A stretch of DNA of 23,616 nt from an uncultured virus (IMG/VR IMGVR_UViG_3300040957_000063) (IMGVR_UViG_3300040957_000063), one strand, 5' to 3'. Positions 15,851 to 23,616 are shown, numbered from the stretch's first letter. Translations and numbers: made by a program. Notes: generated from the letters alone by a model not told the origin.

Positions 15851-15878
15851 TGTAAATATTATTACAACAATATTTACA
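15851..15878. repeat. 10-bp inverted repeat (TGTAAATATT-N8-AATATTTACA)
   Basis: Perfect arms at 15851-15860 and 15869-15878, starting 3 nt after the stop codon. Confidence 0.7.
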
Positions 15879-15940
15879 AGTAAAAGCCTGTTATCAGCAA
15901 TCCAATGCTATAATAGAAATCCGAATACAATCGGTTACAC

Positions 15941-15951
15941 TTTCTTTTTTT
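15941..15951 (+). terminator. Oligo-T tract, possible terminator
   Basis: TTTCTTTTTTT just before the next promoter. Confidence 0.4.
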
Positions 15952-15962
15952 GTTAAATATAA

Positions 15963-15979
15963 CCGTAACATTTATATAT
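15963..15979 (+). promoter_or_regulatory. BRE+TATA promoter of HNH gene 2
   Basis: CCGTAACATTTATATAT. Confidence 0.7.
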
Positions 15980-16014
15980 TAGTATTACTATTATAGTATT
16001 TACAAGTGAAATAT

Positions 16015-16494
16015 ATGTTCGACCAAAAAATATATAATCAAAACTATTATCAAGACCATAAAGAAGAACATGACAAGACTACTAAAGAATGGGCTAAAAA
16101 TCATCCAGAATATCAGAGTAATTATTATCAAACTCATAAAGAGAAAAAGTTAAAACAAGCGTCTGATAGTCAAAAGAAAAATTTAAAAAAGATAGAAGCT
16201 CGAAATAGAGATAAACATCATGAGAGAAAAATGAGAGCCTTTGAATTGCTTGGTAATCAATGTGCTAATCCTTATAATATAAATCATGGAGATTTTCCAA
16301 ATTATCCAGATTGTTTACAAATAGACCATATTAACGGTGGTGGTTCTCAACATCATAGACAAAGACAAACTGAAGGAATAATTTCAGATGTTATAAAGGA
16401 CCCAAACCGTAAATTGAAATATCAACTACTTTGCGCTAATTGTAACTGGATAAAACGTTTTATAGAAAAAGAACATAACCAAAAACTTCCGTAA
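16015..16494 (+). CDS. HNH endonuclease 2 (paralogue of HNH 1)
   Basis: FELLGNQC, QIDHINGGG and YQLLCANCNWIKR motifs; N-terminal Y..NYYQ.HKE repeats; ATG 16015 follows a GTGA RBS. Confidence 0.85.
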   Translation: MFDQKIYNQNYYQDHKEEHDKTTKEWAKNHPEYQSNYYQTHKEKKLKQASDSQKKNLKKIEARNRDKHHERKMRAFELLGNQCANPYNINHGDFPNYPDCLQIDHINGGGSQHHRQRQTEGIISDVIKDPNRKLKYQLLCANCNWIKRFIEKEHNQKLP

Positions 16495-16506
16495 CATTTA
16501 AATAGT
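16489..16506 (+). promoter_or_regulatory. BRE+TATA promoter overlapping the HNH2 stop codon
   Basis: CCGTAACATTTAAATAGT; the TAA at 16492-16494 is the HNH2 stop. Confidence 0.7.
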
Positions 16507-16535
16507 GGAACAAGTATGTACTATTTGTGATAAAT

Positions 16536-17243
16536 ATGTCATATGAAACACGCCATCCATTAGTGTATTTCTGGGTAGCATTTTACAAAGACGGAAATTG
16601 TCTTCCACAATTTGACGTTAACTCTGGAATAGAAAATTCATTTCAAACTATAGACCAAACCAAAGTAGAAAAATTTGGGCTTTTTCCATTTAGTCCAGCA
16701 TTGGTTTTAAAAGTTAATTCGGCGGCTGGCGTAATTATAGCACGAGAAGTCGAGAACTTGCCATATTATATTATGAAAGTAGAAGAGGGGCAACGTCTAA
16801 TTAACATTCGAAGAAATTTTATTCATCAATTTACTTACCAGCATTGTGCCAAATGCGGGTATAATTGGCAATGGATGATGGGTCATAAAGAGGGAGAGAT
16901 TGCCGAATTTGGACTTCCGATATGCGATAATCACGTTGTCCAAAAAGTTCAAGGAAAAGATATGGGATTCCCTAAATGTCCTAAATGTGGAGCGTATAAT
17001 TCAATAGTATGCCCCGATTGCGGTACTCTTATTAATGAAATGGCGAGACCAGATACTAAAGAGCACTATTTTTTATGTCCAAAGTGCAACAAGGAACATC
17101 CAAGATACATTAAAATTTTGGAAGATAATAAGAGGCGGCTAATCTACATTATGGGTTACCAAACAACCGTTGATGGCAAAAACGTTAAACAATTAATGTT
17201 CATAGGAGAAGACGGCGTAATAACGCTCAAAAGCGACCTATAA
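16536..17243 (+). CDS. Hypothetical protein with four internal CxxC motifs (two Zn ribbons)
   Basis: CAKC, CPKC, CPDC and CPKC lie between beta-rich N- and C-terminal parts; GTGAT RBS before ATG 16536. Confidence 0.7.
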   Translation: MSYETRHPLVYFWVAFYKDGNCLPQFDVNSGIENSFQTIDQTKVEKFGLFPFSPALVLKVNSAAGVIIAREVENLPYYIMKVEEGQRLINIRRNFIHQFTYQHCAKCGYNWQWMMGHKEGEIAEFGLPICDNHVVQKVQGKDMGFPKCPKCGAYNSIVCPDCGTLINEMARPDTKEHYFLCPKCNKEHPRYIKILEDNKRRLIYIMGYQTTVDGKNVKQLMFIGEDGVITLKSDL

Positions 17244-17259
17244 TTAATCTACTGATTAA
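17244..17259. promoter_or_regulatory. Palindromic operator-like site 4 (TTAATC-TACT-GATTAA)
   Basis: Exact reverse complement of site 2; abuts the BRE of the tail-fibre promoter. Confidence 0.7.
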
Positions 17260-17277
17260 CCATAAGATTTAAATAGG
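17260..17277 (+). promoter_or_regulatory. BRE+TATA promoter of the tail-fibre operon
   Basis: CCATAAGATTTAAATAGG; GGAGTGA RBS before ATG 17315. Confidence 0.75.
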
Positions 17278-17314
17278 CGTTTTCCTAATATATTACTTGG
17301 AGTGAAAACTATAA

Positions 17315-20300
17315 ATGCCTATGCCCTCTTCTGTTAATGGTGGAACGTGGCTTGGTCCTTTACTTAATCCGCCAAATGGAGATTTGATAGGGGATCCAGC
17401 ACTTAATTTAAAGACTAACTTAGTTGTAGGAAGTCTTACTTATATTCCAGTTATTGGCGTAGATACGGTAGCTGGTCAAATGTACATAGACCCCGATACT
17501 GGCATGGTTCGGGTAATGAATTCTACTAATAATCATTGGACTCTGGTAGAGACAGCACATTATACTCGTGACCCAATCGGGTTTCCAGTAGTTGTAGGTG
17601 CTACAGCAAACTATGTTAATCCTAATACCTACTCAACTTTAAGTTTTATTAATGGCACAAGAACATTTACAATAGCCCCAACAGGAGCAAGTTTCAAATG
17701 TGTTGTTCAGGGAGTAGAATTTCAATATACAACTGCACAGTCTGTGGTAATTACAGCCACAGAAGGGTTATGGTTCATTTACATTAACGCTTCTGGTGTT
17801 CTTACTGCAAGTCAGAGCTATTGGGATTTATCTTCAGTAGCGGCAGTAGCTTATGTCTATTGGGATAATGCTAATTCTACTTGTACCTTTTTTGCTGACG
17901 AGCGACACATGATTACAATGGATTGGAGAACACACCAATATTTACACAATACTATAGGATGTAGATATGCGTCAGGGTTAGGAATTTCGGGCTATACTAT
18001 TAACGTTTCTGGCGATACAAACGTACAGGTAGGGTTTGCTAACGGAATATGCTATGATGAAGACTTAATGTTTTTAATTACTAATGGAGTATCAGGGACA
18101 CCAGCAAGTACAACTAACTATTACTATCAACCATTAACTAAACCAGCTACAATACCTGTGTTCTATCAGTTAGGTGCTACAGGAATTTGGAGAAAACAAG
18201 TTACAGCCAACTTCTATCTCTATCCAGACGCTAACCCAAGACCATATTACAATTTAAATACTGCTGGAACATGGAGTTTAGCTTCTACTCCTTCAGGGGA
18301 TTATGTAAGTTACTGGATATTCGCAAGTAATGATATTGACAATCCAATCATAGCGATTATGGGACAGCAAATTAACACAACTTTGACTAATGCTGTTAAT
18401 AACGATGTTTACTCTGCGCTTTCAATAGCTTCAAGTGGATTGCCATTCGTAGAAATGAAACTACTTTATCAGATAATTTTAAGTGTTTCAAACGCTTACG
18501 GCGGTTCTACATCTTCAAGAGTAGCACAAGTAAACGATTTTAGAAGTGCAAGCCTTATAGGTGGTGTTGCTCCAAGTGTTGGAAACTTCATTACAAGTGT
18601 GGACCCAAGTTACTTTACTGTTAGTGCGGGAGCATTATCTTTTGCTGGTGTTCACGCTCAAGCAATAGGTTCAGGAGATAGCCCATCATTTACTGGTTTA
18701 ACAGTTGGTTCAAACACAGGTATAGCTACTTTAACTTCGGGTGTTCTTGGTTCTGAGTCAACTGTAACAACTACACAATTAGGAACAGCAGTTACACCAG
18801 CTACATTATCAGGTTCAGGTGCCGTTCCCGCTGGATGGACCATACCTTTCAGTCAGGTATCAAGTATCGGTAACATAGTTAGTTCATTAACTACAGAATC
18901 GGGTGCTGGAATTACATTAACCGCAACTAATCCAACTGGACAAGGTGCGGCTTATTATGTTCCCTCAATAACGGGAAACTTAGTGATTGGAAGTTATGGC
19001 ATAACATTTACAGCAATAGCAGATGCTTCGGTCTCTGGAAAATTATTCCTTTCTTCAACTACAGCTAACGTTATGAAATATTATGACAACACACCAGCTT
19101 TACATTCGATAGCTGTATTAGATTTAGCCCAATCATTTAGTGGAATTCAAACATTCACAGCCAAGCCAGTTATCAATATAAGTGGAAGTGGCTCGGTACT
19201 CGACTTATACAATCCAGCAAATACTCATTATTACACATTGACCACAGGAGCTATTGGTGGCAATTATGCGTTAAATCTGCCAGTTATTACAGGAGCAGAC
19301 ACTTTAGCGGTATTGGGATTAGCACAAACCTTCTCAACACTACAGACCTTTGGTGCTGGAATAGCATTATCTAACTCACAAACGATAGCATTCGGTACAG
19401 GCGGTGGTATCACATTTACTGACGCTACAGCTATAATAGGTAGTGCAACCCATTATGTTGCAACCGAATATGTTAACAACATTACATTTGAGGGGGCATC
19501 AGCCCAACTCGCGGGTACATATGAAATTGCGGGCACACCTACAGTATTCTCTACGCTTGCATTTAATGGTACAGCACTTAACATAGGTTCATCGAGCAAT
19601 TATCCAGCTATTATTTACACTAACGCGCTTACGGGAGAAGGTTCAACTCCGACTATTACAGGATTTAGTTTAGCTGGGACATATAACATAGGTGGCACTC
19701 CTACTCTAAATGCTACATTGGCTCTTAATAGCCAAACACTTTCAGGTTCAGGAACATTTAGCGGCACAATAACATTTACATCAGAACCAATCATAAATAT
19801 TTCTGGTAGCGGTGCTGTTCTTCGATTATACAATCCAGCAAATACTTACTACTACACATTAACTACGGGAGCAATTGGAGCAAATTATGTATTAAACATT
19901 CCTGTTATAACGGCGGCTGACACTCTTGCTACTTTGGGTCTTGCACAAACATTTACTGCTATTCAAACTATACAGTTGGCTCAAGCAGAGCTTATAATAA
20001 ATAGTACAACATCTGGCAACCAATCCTATATAGAACTTGAAAACTCTGCGAGTGGTTATATAGGTTACTTAGGAATAGTTGCTACTGCTGGTCAGTTGTC
20101 TACTTCGAGTGTTGTAGGAGATGTAGTTATAAGAAGCAATAGTGCTGGAATATTATTTGCCGCTTCTACTACACAAACCATGTACATAGCTTCTAATGGT
20201 AATGTGAGTATCGCTGGTAATATAACTATGAGTTCTACTCTTAAAATGGCGAGTAGTAATTTCGGATTATTTTGTAATGGTTCAGCTATTTATCTTGCTA

Positions 20301-20758
20301 ATATTGGAAGTAGTAACGGTCTTAGTGTAGATGGTTCTGGTAATTGTGCTTCTGCTGGTACTTTTAGTATTGGGACTGTTGCAAATACTACATCTCATGC
20401 TGCTTATTTAACAGGAGCTACTTCAGCCTCAGTAGGTTATAATACTTCTTGTTTACGTTTCAAGGATAACATAGAGAATATTGAAGATGCAAGTTGGATA
20501 TACAATCTTAGACCTGTAGAGTTTGATTGGAAAGACCCTGAAAGAGCAAAGTTGGAAGGTAGAATGGTAGGATTAATAGCAGAAGAAGTAGAAGCTCAAT
20601 ATTCTAAGATATGTGAATATGAGAAAGGAGAACTTACAGGGTTACACTATGAATGGTTAGCCGTTCCTATGATAGTCGAGTTAAGGAAACTTAGAGACAG
20701 AGTAGACCAACTTGAAAAGGTTCTTCAAGCGGAAGGTATATTAGTGAATAAGCCATAA
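17315..20758 (+). CDS. Tail fibre / receptor-binding protein with C-terminal intramolecular chaperone (peptidase S74)
   Basis: 1147 aa, G/T/S/A-rich. C-terminal SCLRFKDNI...LRPVEFDWK...GLIAEEV...GLHYEWL plus coiled coil, from about 20447. Confidence 0.85.
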   Translation: MPMPSSVNGGTWLGPLLNPPNGDLIGDPALNLKTNLVVGSLTYIPVIGVDTVAGQMYIDPDTGMVRVMNSTNNHWTLVETAHYTRDPIGFPVVVGATANYVNPNTYSTLSFINGTRTFTIAPTGASFKCVVQGVEFQYTTAQSVVITATEGLWFIYINASGVLTASQSYWDLSSVAAVAYVYWDNANSTCTFFADERHMITMDWRTHQYLHNTIGCRYASGLGISGYTINVSGDTNVQVGFANGICYDEDLMFLITNGVSGTPASTTNYYYQPLTKPATIPVFYQLGATGIWRKQVTANFYLYPDANPRPYYNLNTAGTWSLASTPSGDYVSYWIFASNDIDNPIIAIMGQQINTTLTNAVNNDVYSALSIASSGLPFVEMKLLYQIILSVSNAYGGSTSSRVAQVNDFRSASLIGGVAPSVGNFITSVDPSYFTVSAGALSFAGVHAQAIGSGDSPSFTGLTVGSNTGIATLTSGVLGSESTVTTTQLGTAVTPATLSGSGAVPAGWTIPFSQVSSIGNIVSSLTTESGAGITLTATNPTGQGAAYYVPSITGNLVIGSYGITFTAIADASVSGKLFLSSTTANVMKYYDNTPALHSIAVLDLAQSFSGIQTFTAKPVINISGSGSVLDLYNPANTHYYTLTTGAIGGNYALNLPVITGADTLAVLGLAQTFSTLQTFGAGIALSNSQTIAFGTGGGITFTDATAIIGSATHYVATEYVNNITFEGASAQLAGTYEIAGTPTVFSTLAFNGTALNIGSSSNYPAIIYTNALTGEGSTPTITGFSLAGTYNIGGTPTLNATLALNSQTLSGSGTFSGTITFTSEPIINISGSGAVLRLYNPANTYYYTLTTGAIGANYVLNIPVITAADTLATLGLAQTFTAIQTIQLAQAELIINSTTSGNQSYIELENSASGYIGYLGIVATAGQLSTSSVVGDVVIRSNSAGILFAASTTQTMYIASNGNVSIAGNITMSSTLKMASSNFGLFCNGSAIYLANIGSSNGLSVDGSGNCASAGTFSIGTVANTTSHAAYLTGATSASVGYNTSCLRFKDNIENIEDASWIYNLRPVEFDWKDPERAKLEGRMVGLIAEEVEAQYSKICEYEKGELTGLHYEWLAVPMIVELRKLRDRVDQLEKVLQAEGILVNKP
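19163..19954 (+). repeat. Intragenic 57-codon duplication (19163-19333 and 19784-19954)
   Basis: KPVINISGSGSVLDLYNPANTHYYTLTTGAIGGNYALNLPVITGADTLAVLGLAQTF versus EPIINISGSGAVLRLYNPANTYYYTLTTGAIGANYVLNIPVITAADTLATLGLAQTF. Confidence 0.9.
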
Positions 20759-20769
20759 AGGTTCAGTTA

Positions 20770-21039
20770 ATGGAAGTGATATGTGTGAGTGAGAAAGACA
20801 AACAACCAGAACCTCAAGTACCAGTAGCACCTATGCAACCACCAGCAGAGGTCCAGAAGGTCCTCAACAAAGTTTCTGTCAAATACAATGCCAAGTCAAT
20901 GCTCGACCAAGAAGTAGGAGAAGCTATGACAGAGTACATCAATACGACTGTTATGGTGATTAACCAACTAAAAGCAAAGGTCGCTGAGTTAGAGGCTCTC
21001 GTTCCAAAACCAAAAGAAGACAAAGCTAAGGCGAAATAA
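20770..21039 (+). CDS. Small coiled-coil protein
   Basis: INQLKAKVAELEAL heptads; the start may be GTG 20785 (GTGAT RBS). Confidence 0.6.
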   Translation: MEVICVSEKDKQPEPQVPVAPMQPPAEVQKVLNKVSVKYNAKSMLDQEVGEAMTEYINTTVMVINQLKAKVAELEALVPKPKEDKAKAK

Positions 21040-21041
21040 AG

Positions 21042-21785
21042 ATGTCAGATGCAGTAGCCGTTGTTGGTTCAGCCGAGATTGATTATGCTACCATAGACGG
21101 TAGCTATATCGGTCTTGTGAAGATTCTTATTACCGAAGGTACTGCTGCTGCTGACACGATTCCATCAAAACACAAAACAGCTACACCAACCAAGACAGAG
21201 GGGTTAGCTGTTAAAGATTCTTTTTCTAAATATAAGAAAGCTTACAAAACCTTTACTGAGGGATTAGCAGCAAAGGACACACTAACCAAGTACAAGCACG
21301 CGGTTAAGTCCTTCACAGAGGGAATAGGAAACTTAGACACTTTTACTAAATACAAGGAAGGTGTTAGGATGGTCACAGAAGGATTAGCTGTCAAAGATTC
21401 TCTTTCTAAATACAAGAACGCTTACAAGACTTTTACTGACGCATTAGCAGCCTTGGATACAGTTACTAAGTTTAAGCACGCCTATAAGACCTTCACCGAA
21501 GGGATAGGAAACTTAGACACTTTAAGTAAATTCAAGGTAGGTGTCAGGTCAATCACAGAGGGATTAGCAGTTAAGGATACCTATTCTAAGTACAAGCAAG
21601 CATACAAGACTTTCACAGAAGGATTAGCTGCTAAGGACACAGTTACTAAGTTTAAGATAGTAACTAAAACCATAATAGAATATATGGGAGTAGGAGACTA
21701 CTTAGAAGAGATATACAACAAGATAATCCCTAATCACGCTAAGTATGATTACCCTGCTATGCATATCGAGAACGATTCAAGGTGA
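21042..21785 (+). CDS. Basic 20-aa tandem-repeat protein (probable virion fibre/structural protein)
   Basis: Eight full TEGL/I..[KL]D[ST]..K[YF]K..[YV]K.F units plus degenerate flanking units. Confidence 0.75.
   Translation: MSDAVAVVGSAEIDYATIDGSYIGLVKILITEGTAAADTIPSKHKTATPTKTEGLAVKDSFSKYKKAYKTFTEGLAAKDTLTKYKHAVKSFTEGIGNLDTFTKYKEGVRMVTEGLAVKDSLSKYKNAYKTFTDALAALDTVTKFKHAYKTFTEGIGNLDTLSKFKVGVRSITEGLAVKDTYSKYKQAYKTFTEGLAAKDTVTKFKIVTKTIIEYMGVGDYLEEIYNKIIPNHAKYDYPAMHIENDSR
21195..21674 (+). repeat. Coding tandem repeat, 8 x 60 bp with 180-bp super-period
   Basis: Unit types run A-B-C-A-B-C-A-B; GAATAGGAAACTTAGACACTTT / GGATAGGAAACTTAGACACTTT recur 180 nt apart. Confidence 0.85.
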
Positions 21786-21790
21786 TAAAT

Positions 21791-22048
21791 ATGAGAGATA
21801 GAGTGTATGGTACTGGTGGAGTTTTACTTTCTTGGGTTCAGCGAAGATGTGAGAGATGTCACCGTTTTTTAAGTAAAGAAGAAAGGAAATATTGTAAGCG
21901 GTGTTTTCCTAAAGTACATTCTACGCAACCAGATAAAAGAGATTATAAGTCTCGTTGTCTGAAAGACCCATATCATAAAATAAGGATGTACCTATATTGT
22001 AAGGTACACAGAAGCGCAGATAAATTTAATGTAGGGGATTATATTTGA
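21791..22048 (+). CDS. Small basic Zn-finger protein
   Basis: CERC...CKRC motifs; GGTGAT RBS before ATG 21791. Confidence 0.6.
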   Translation: MRDRVYGTGGVLLSWVQRRCERCHRFLSKEERKYCKRCFPKVHSTQPDKRDYKSRCLKDPYHKIRMYLYCKVHRSADKFNVGDYI

Positions 22049-23616
22049 GCCAACCAAATAACTATTACGATAATCCAGCAAGGCAATTACTGGTCAACGA
22101 TGTAGACCTATCTGGTATAGCTTTTTCTATTCAGGTCGAGCTTAATGAGAACGGAATACCAATGGCTACTCTCGTTGCAGATAACGATGATGCCAAGGCT
22201 TTTCTATCTAAGTTAGTGGTAGGAGACACTATTGTAGTTAAAGGATTAGCTACTTCTAATGAAGCCTATCAGGTAGAGAACTCTATCAATTGGTCTGCTG
22301 TTCTACCATGTTTCTCGGGCACAATTCAAGAGCTTAGTCCTTCAATAACTCAGGCAGCACAACAAGCATCAGTAATGGCTCTCGGGTTAGGATTCCAGCT
22401 TAAAGAAATGAAGGTTAATAGCTGGTATGGAGACATCACAGCTTTACCTCAAATATCGAACGTGTCCAGTTTTACTAATCAAATATTCCAATGGTCCTCT
22501 GGTGGTTACAACCAAGCTCCTTACATTGGCTGTTATAGTGGTGAGGGAGCTTTCGGTGCTGTATTCGCTTATGAGAACCAGAACTACATACAATTGGACT
22601 CACAGAATCTTGGTGGGTACATTGGTGGTTTCGGGTTCGCTATGGATGAGGACTATGACTATAATCCTTTCCAGTATGCTAAGTTGCACATAGTAGCTGG
22701 TATCTACAATAACCAGACAGGATTCTCTATTTCTAATGCCACCGTTAAGCCATACTACTCTATAGATAATGGAGTAACATGGCACGCCTTTACTGCTAAT
22801 AATGGAGCAGCTAATCGTGGTGGGGTAGTTACTAATTATACAGGTCAGAACGGTTCTTTTCCATTAATACTAACCAATGTTAGTGCTATTGGTGGTGGAC
22901 CAATACCAGTTAATGATATTGATTGGTTGATACCTCTCGCATGGACCTATGATAGCACATACAATCCGTTAGCCGACTATGTTCATGGACCACCACAAGG
23001 AGAAGATGACTGGTTAGATGTCACGAGTGACTTGAACGGTATTGGTGGATTCCTTCATAACTTGCAGATTAAACTACAATTCTCAGGTTGTACTAATCCG
23101 ACTACAGGCTCAGGGGTTACTATCGTCTATATGTACCTTGAGTATCAATTCAATATCTTCTCGGGTTTGACAGCACGCCAATTGTTAGCTGGTGACAATG
23201 TAACCAGAGGGATAATTCCTCAGTATGTTAACTCAGTCTTCAATGGAATCATAGATACTGCTGGTAATGTAATTCCAACAGGGTATCCAGTATTAGGAAC
23301 TAACTACATTTACAAAGAAACACCGTCAGGGTACAATCAGATACCTTCGTTAACTCTACCTTACAATGATGCTTTCCAAGCAGTTAACGATGTGCTAAGA
23401 TACTCTTCGGGTCTTAATCTATTGTATGGTGTAGCTGGTCAGCATTGGCACTTAGATACTGCTGGCAATCTCTGTACTGCGCCAGTAGGCAATCATCATG
23501 TGACAGGTGTAGATGGAAGCCACTATGTAGATGCAGTACCGAATACAATACCTTGGGTACTCAGACCTTATGTTACTCCAATAGTGGTTAAGCAATCAAT
23601 GGTCACTCAGAATCTT
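22045..23616 (+). CDS. Tail/baseplate hub-like protein with inserted beta domain; runs off the window end
   Basis: Not in the ORF track. TTG 22045 overlaps the upstream TGA and the frame is open for 524 codons. MSQPNNYYDNPARQLLVNDVDLSG...ATLVADN...VGDTIVV...FSGTIQEL resembles gp27/Tal-like N-termini. Confidence 0.6.
   Translation, partial: MSQPNNYYDNPARQLLVNDVDLSGIAFSIQVELNENGIPMATLVADNDDAKAFLSKLVVGDTIVVKGLATSNEAYQVENSINWSAVLPCFSGTIQELSPSITQAAQQASVMALGLGFQLKEMKVNSWYGDITALPQISNVSSFTNQIFQWSSGGYNQAPYIGCYSGEGAFGAVFAYENQNYIQLDSQNLGGYIGGFGFAMDEDYDYNPFQYAKLHIVAGIYNNQTGFSISNATVKPYYSIDNGVTWHAFTANNGAANRGGVVTNYTGQNGSFPLILTNVSAIGGGPIPVNDIDWLIPLAWTYDSTYNPLADYVHGPPQGEDDWLDVTSDLNGIGGFLHNLQIKLQFSGCTNPTTGSGVTIVYMYLEYQFNIFSGLTARQLLAGDNVTRGIIPQYVNSVFNGIIDTAGNVIPTGYPVLGTNYIYKETPSGYNQIPSLTLPYNDAFQAVNDVLRYSSGLNLLYGVAGQHWHLDTAGNLCTAPVGNHHVTGVDGSHYVDAVPNTIPWVLRPYVTPIVVKQSMVTQNL

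Larger units (their letters stand above)
1..23616. mobile_element. Archaeal tailed virus / provirus genome segment (Caudoviricetes-like)
   Basis: Capsid-, portal-, adaptor-, tail fibre- and hub-like ORFs occur together with archaeal promoters, RadA and an AEP primase. No host housekeeping genes and no boundaries are visible. Confidence 0.9.

Noticed and set aside
14655..16535. HNH genes as intron- or intein-encoded endonucleases
   Set aside because: Flanking genes appear complete with their own promoters, and the AT-rich spacers are too short for group I intron cores; no intein motifs were seen.
19163..19954. Fibre duplication as a DGR template/variable repeat pair
   Set aside because: Differences are mostly synonymous and not adenine-specific, both copies are internal and coding, and no reverse transcriptase is in the window.
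21195..21674. 60-bp periodic repeats as a possible CRISPR or mini-array
   Set aside because: In-frame coding repeats with synonymous variation; no constant repeat plus unique spacer structure.
22427..22785. ORFs 22427..22693 (+) and 22600..22785 (-)
   Set aside because: Both lie inside the long open frame 22045..>23616.

Overview
This is a 23.6 kb, AT-rich fragment of a tailed (Caudoviricetes-like) virus or provirus of an archaeal host. The host call is inferred from about 11 BRE+TATA promoters, GGTGA/GTGA-type ribosome-binding sites, oligo-T terminators, a RadA-type recombinase and an archaeo-eukaryotic primase. Almost all genes are on the + strand. Order: divergent RHH/Zn regulator (truncated) | coiled-coil scaffold-like protein and Zn protein | HK97-type major capsid | enlarged head-tail adaptor, tail-completion protein, two stand-alone ParB-N genes | replication/nucleotide operon (PC4-like, RadA, HNH, NDT-like hydrolase, fused PriS-PriL primase, DUF5664 dNTP diphosphohydrolase) | portal | HNH, virion protein, HNH | Zn-ribbon protein | tail fibre with S74 chaperone, 20-aa repeat protein, baseplate hub-like protein (truncated). 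The most notable non-coding signal is four perfect copies of the palindrome TTAATC-N4-GATTAA, each beside a promoter (candidate viral regulon). Also notable: two paralogous HNH genes each bracketed by 12-bp promoter repeats, a probable ATA start codon, a GC-rich 5' leader hairpin, and near-complete GATC avoidance. All protein calls come from motif reading; no database search was run. No terminase, integrase, tRNA or CRISPR array was seen.
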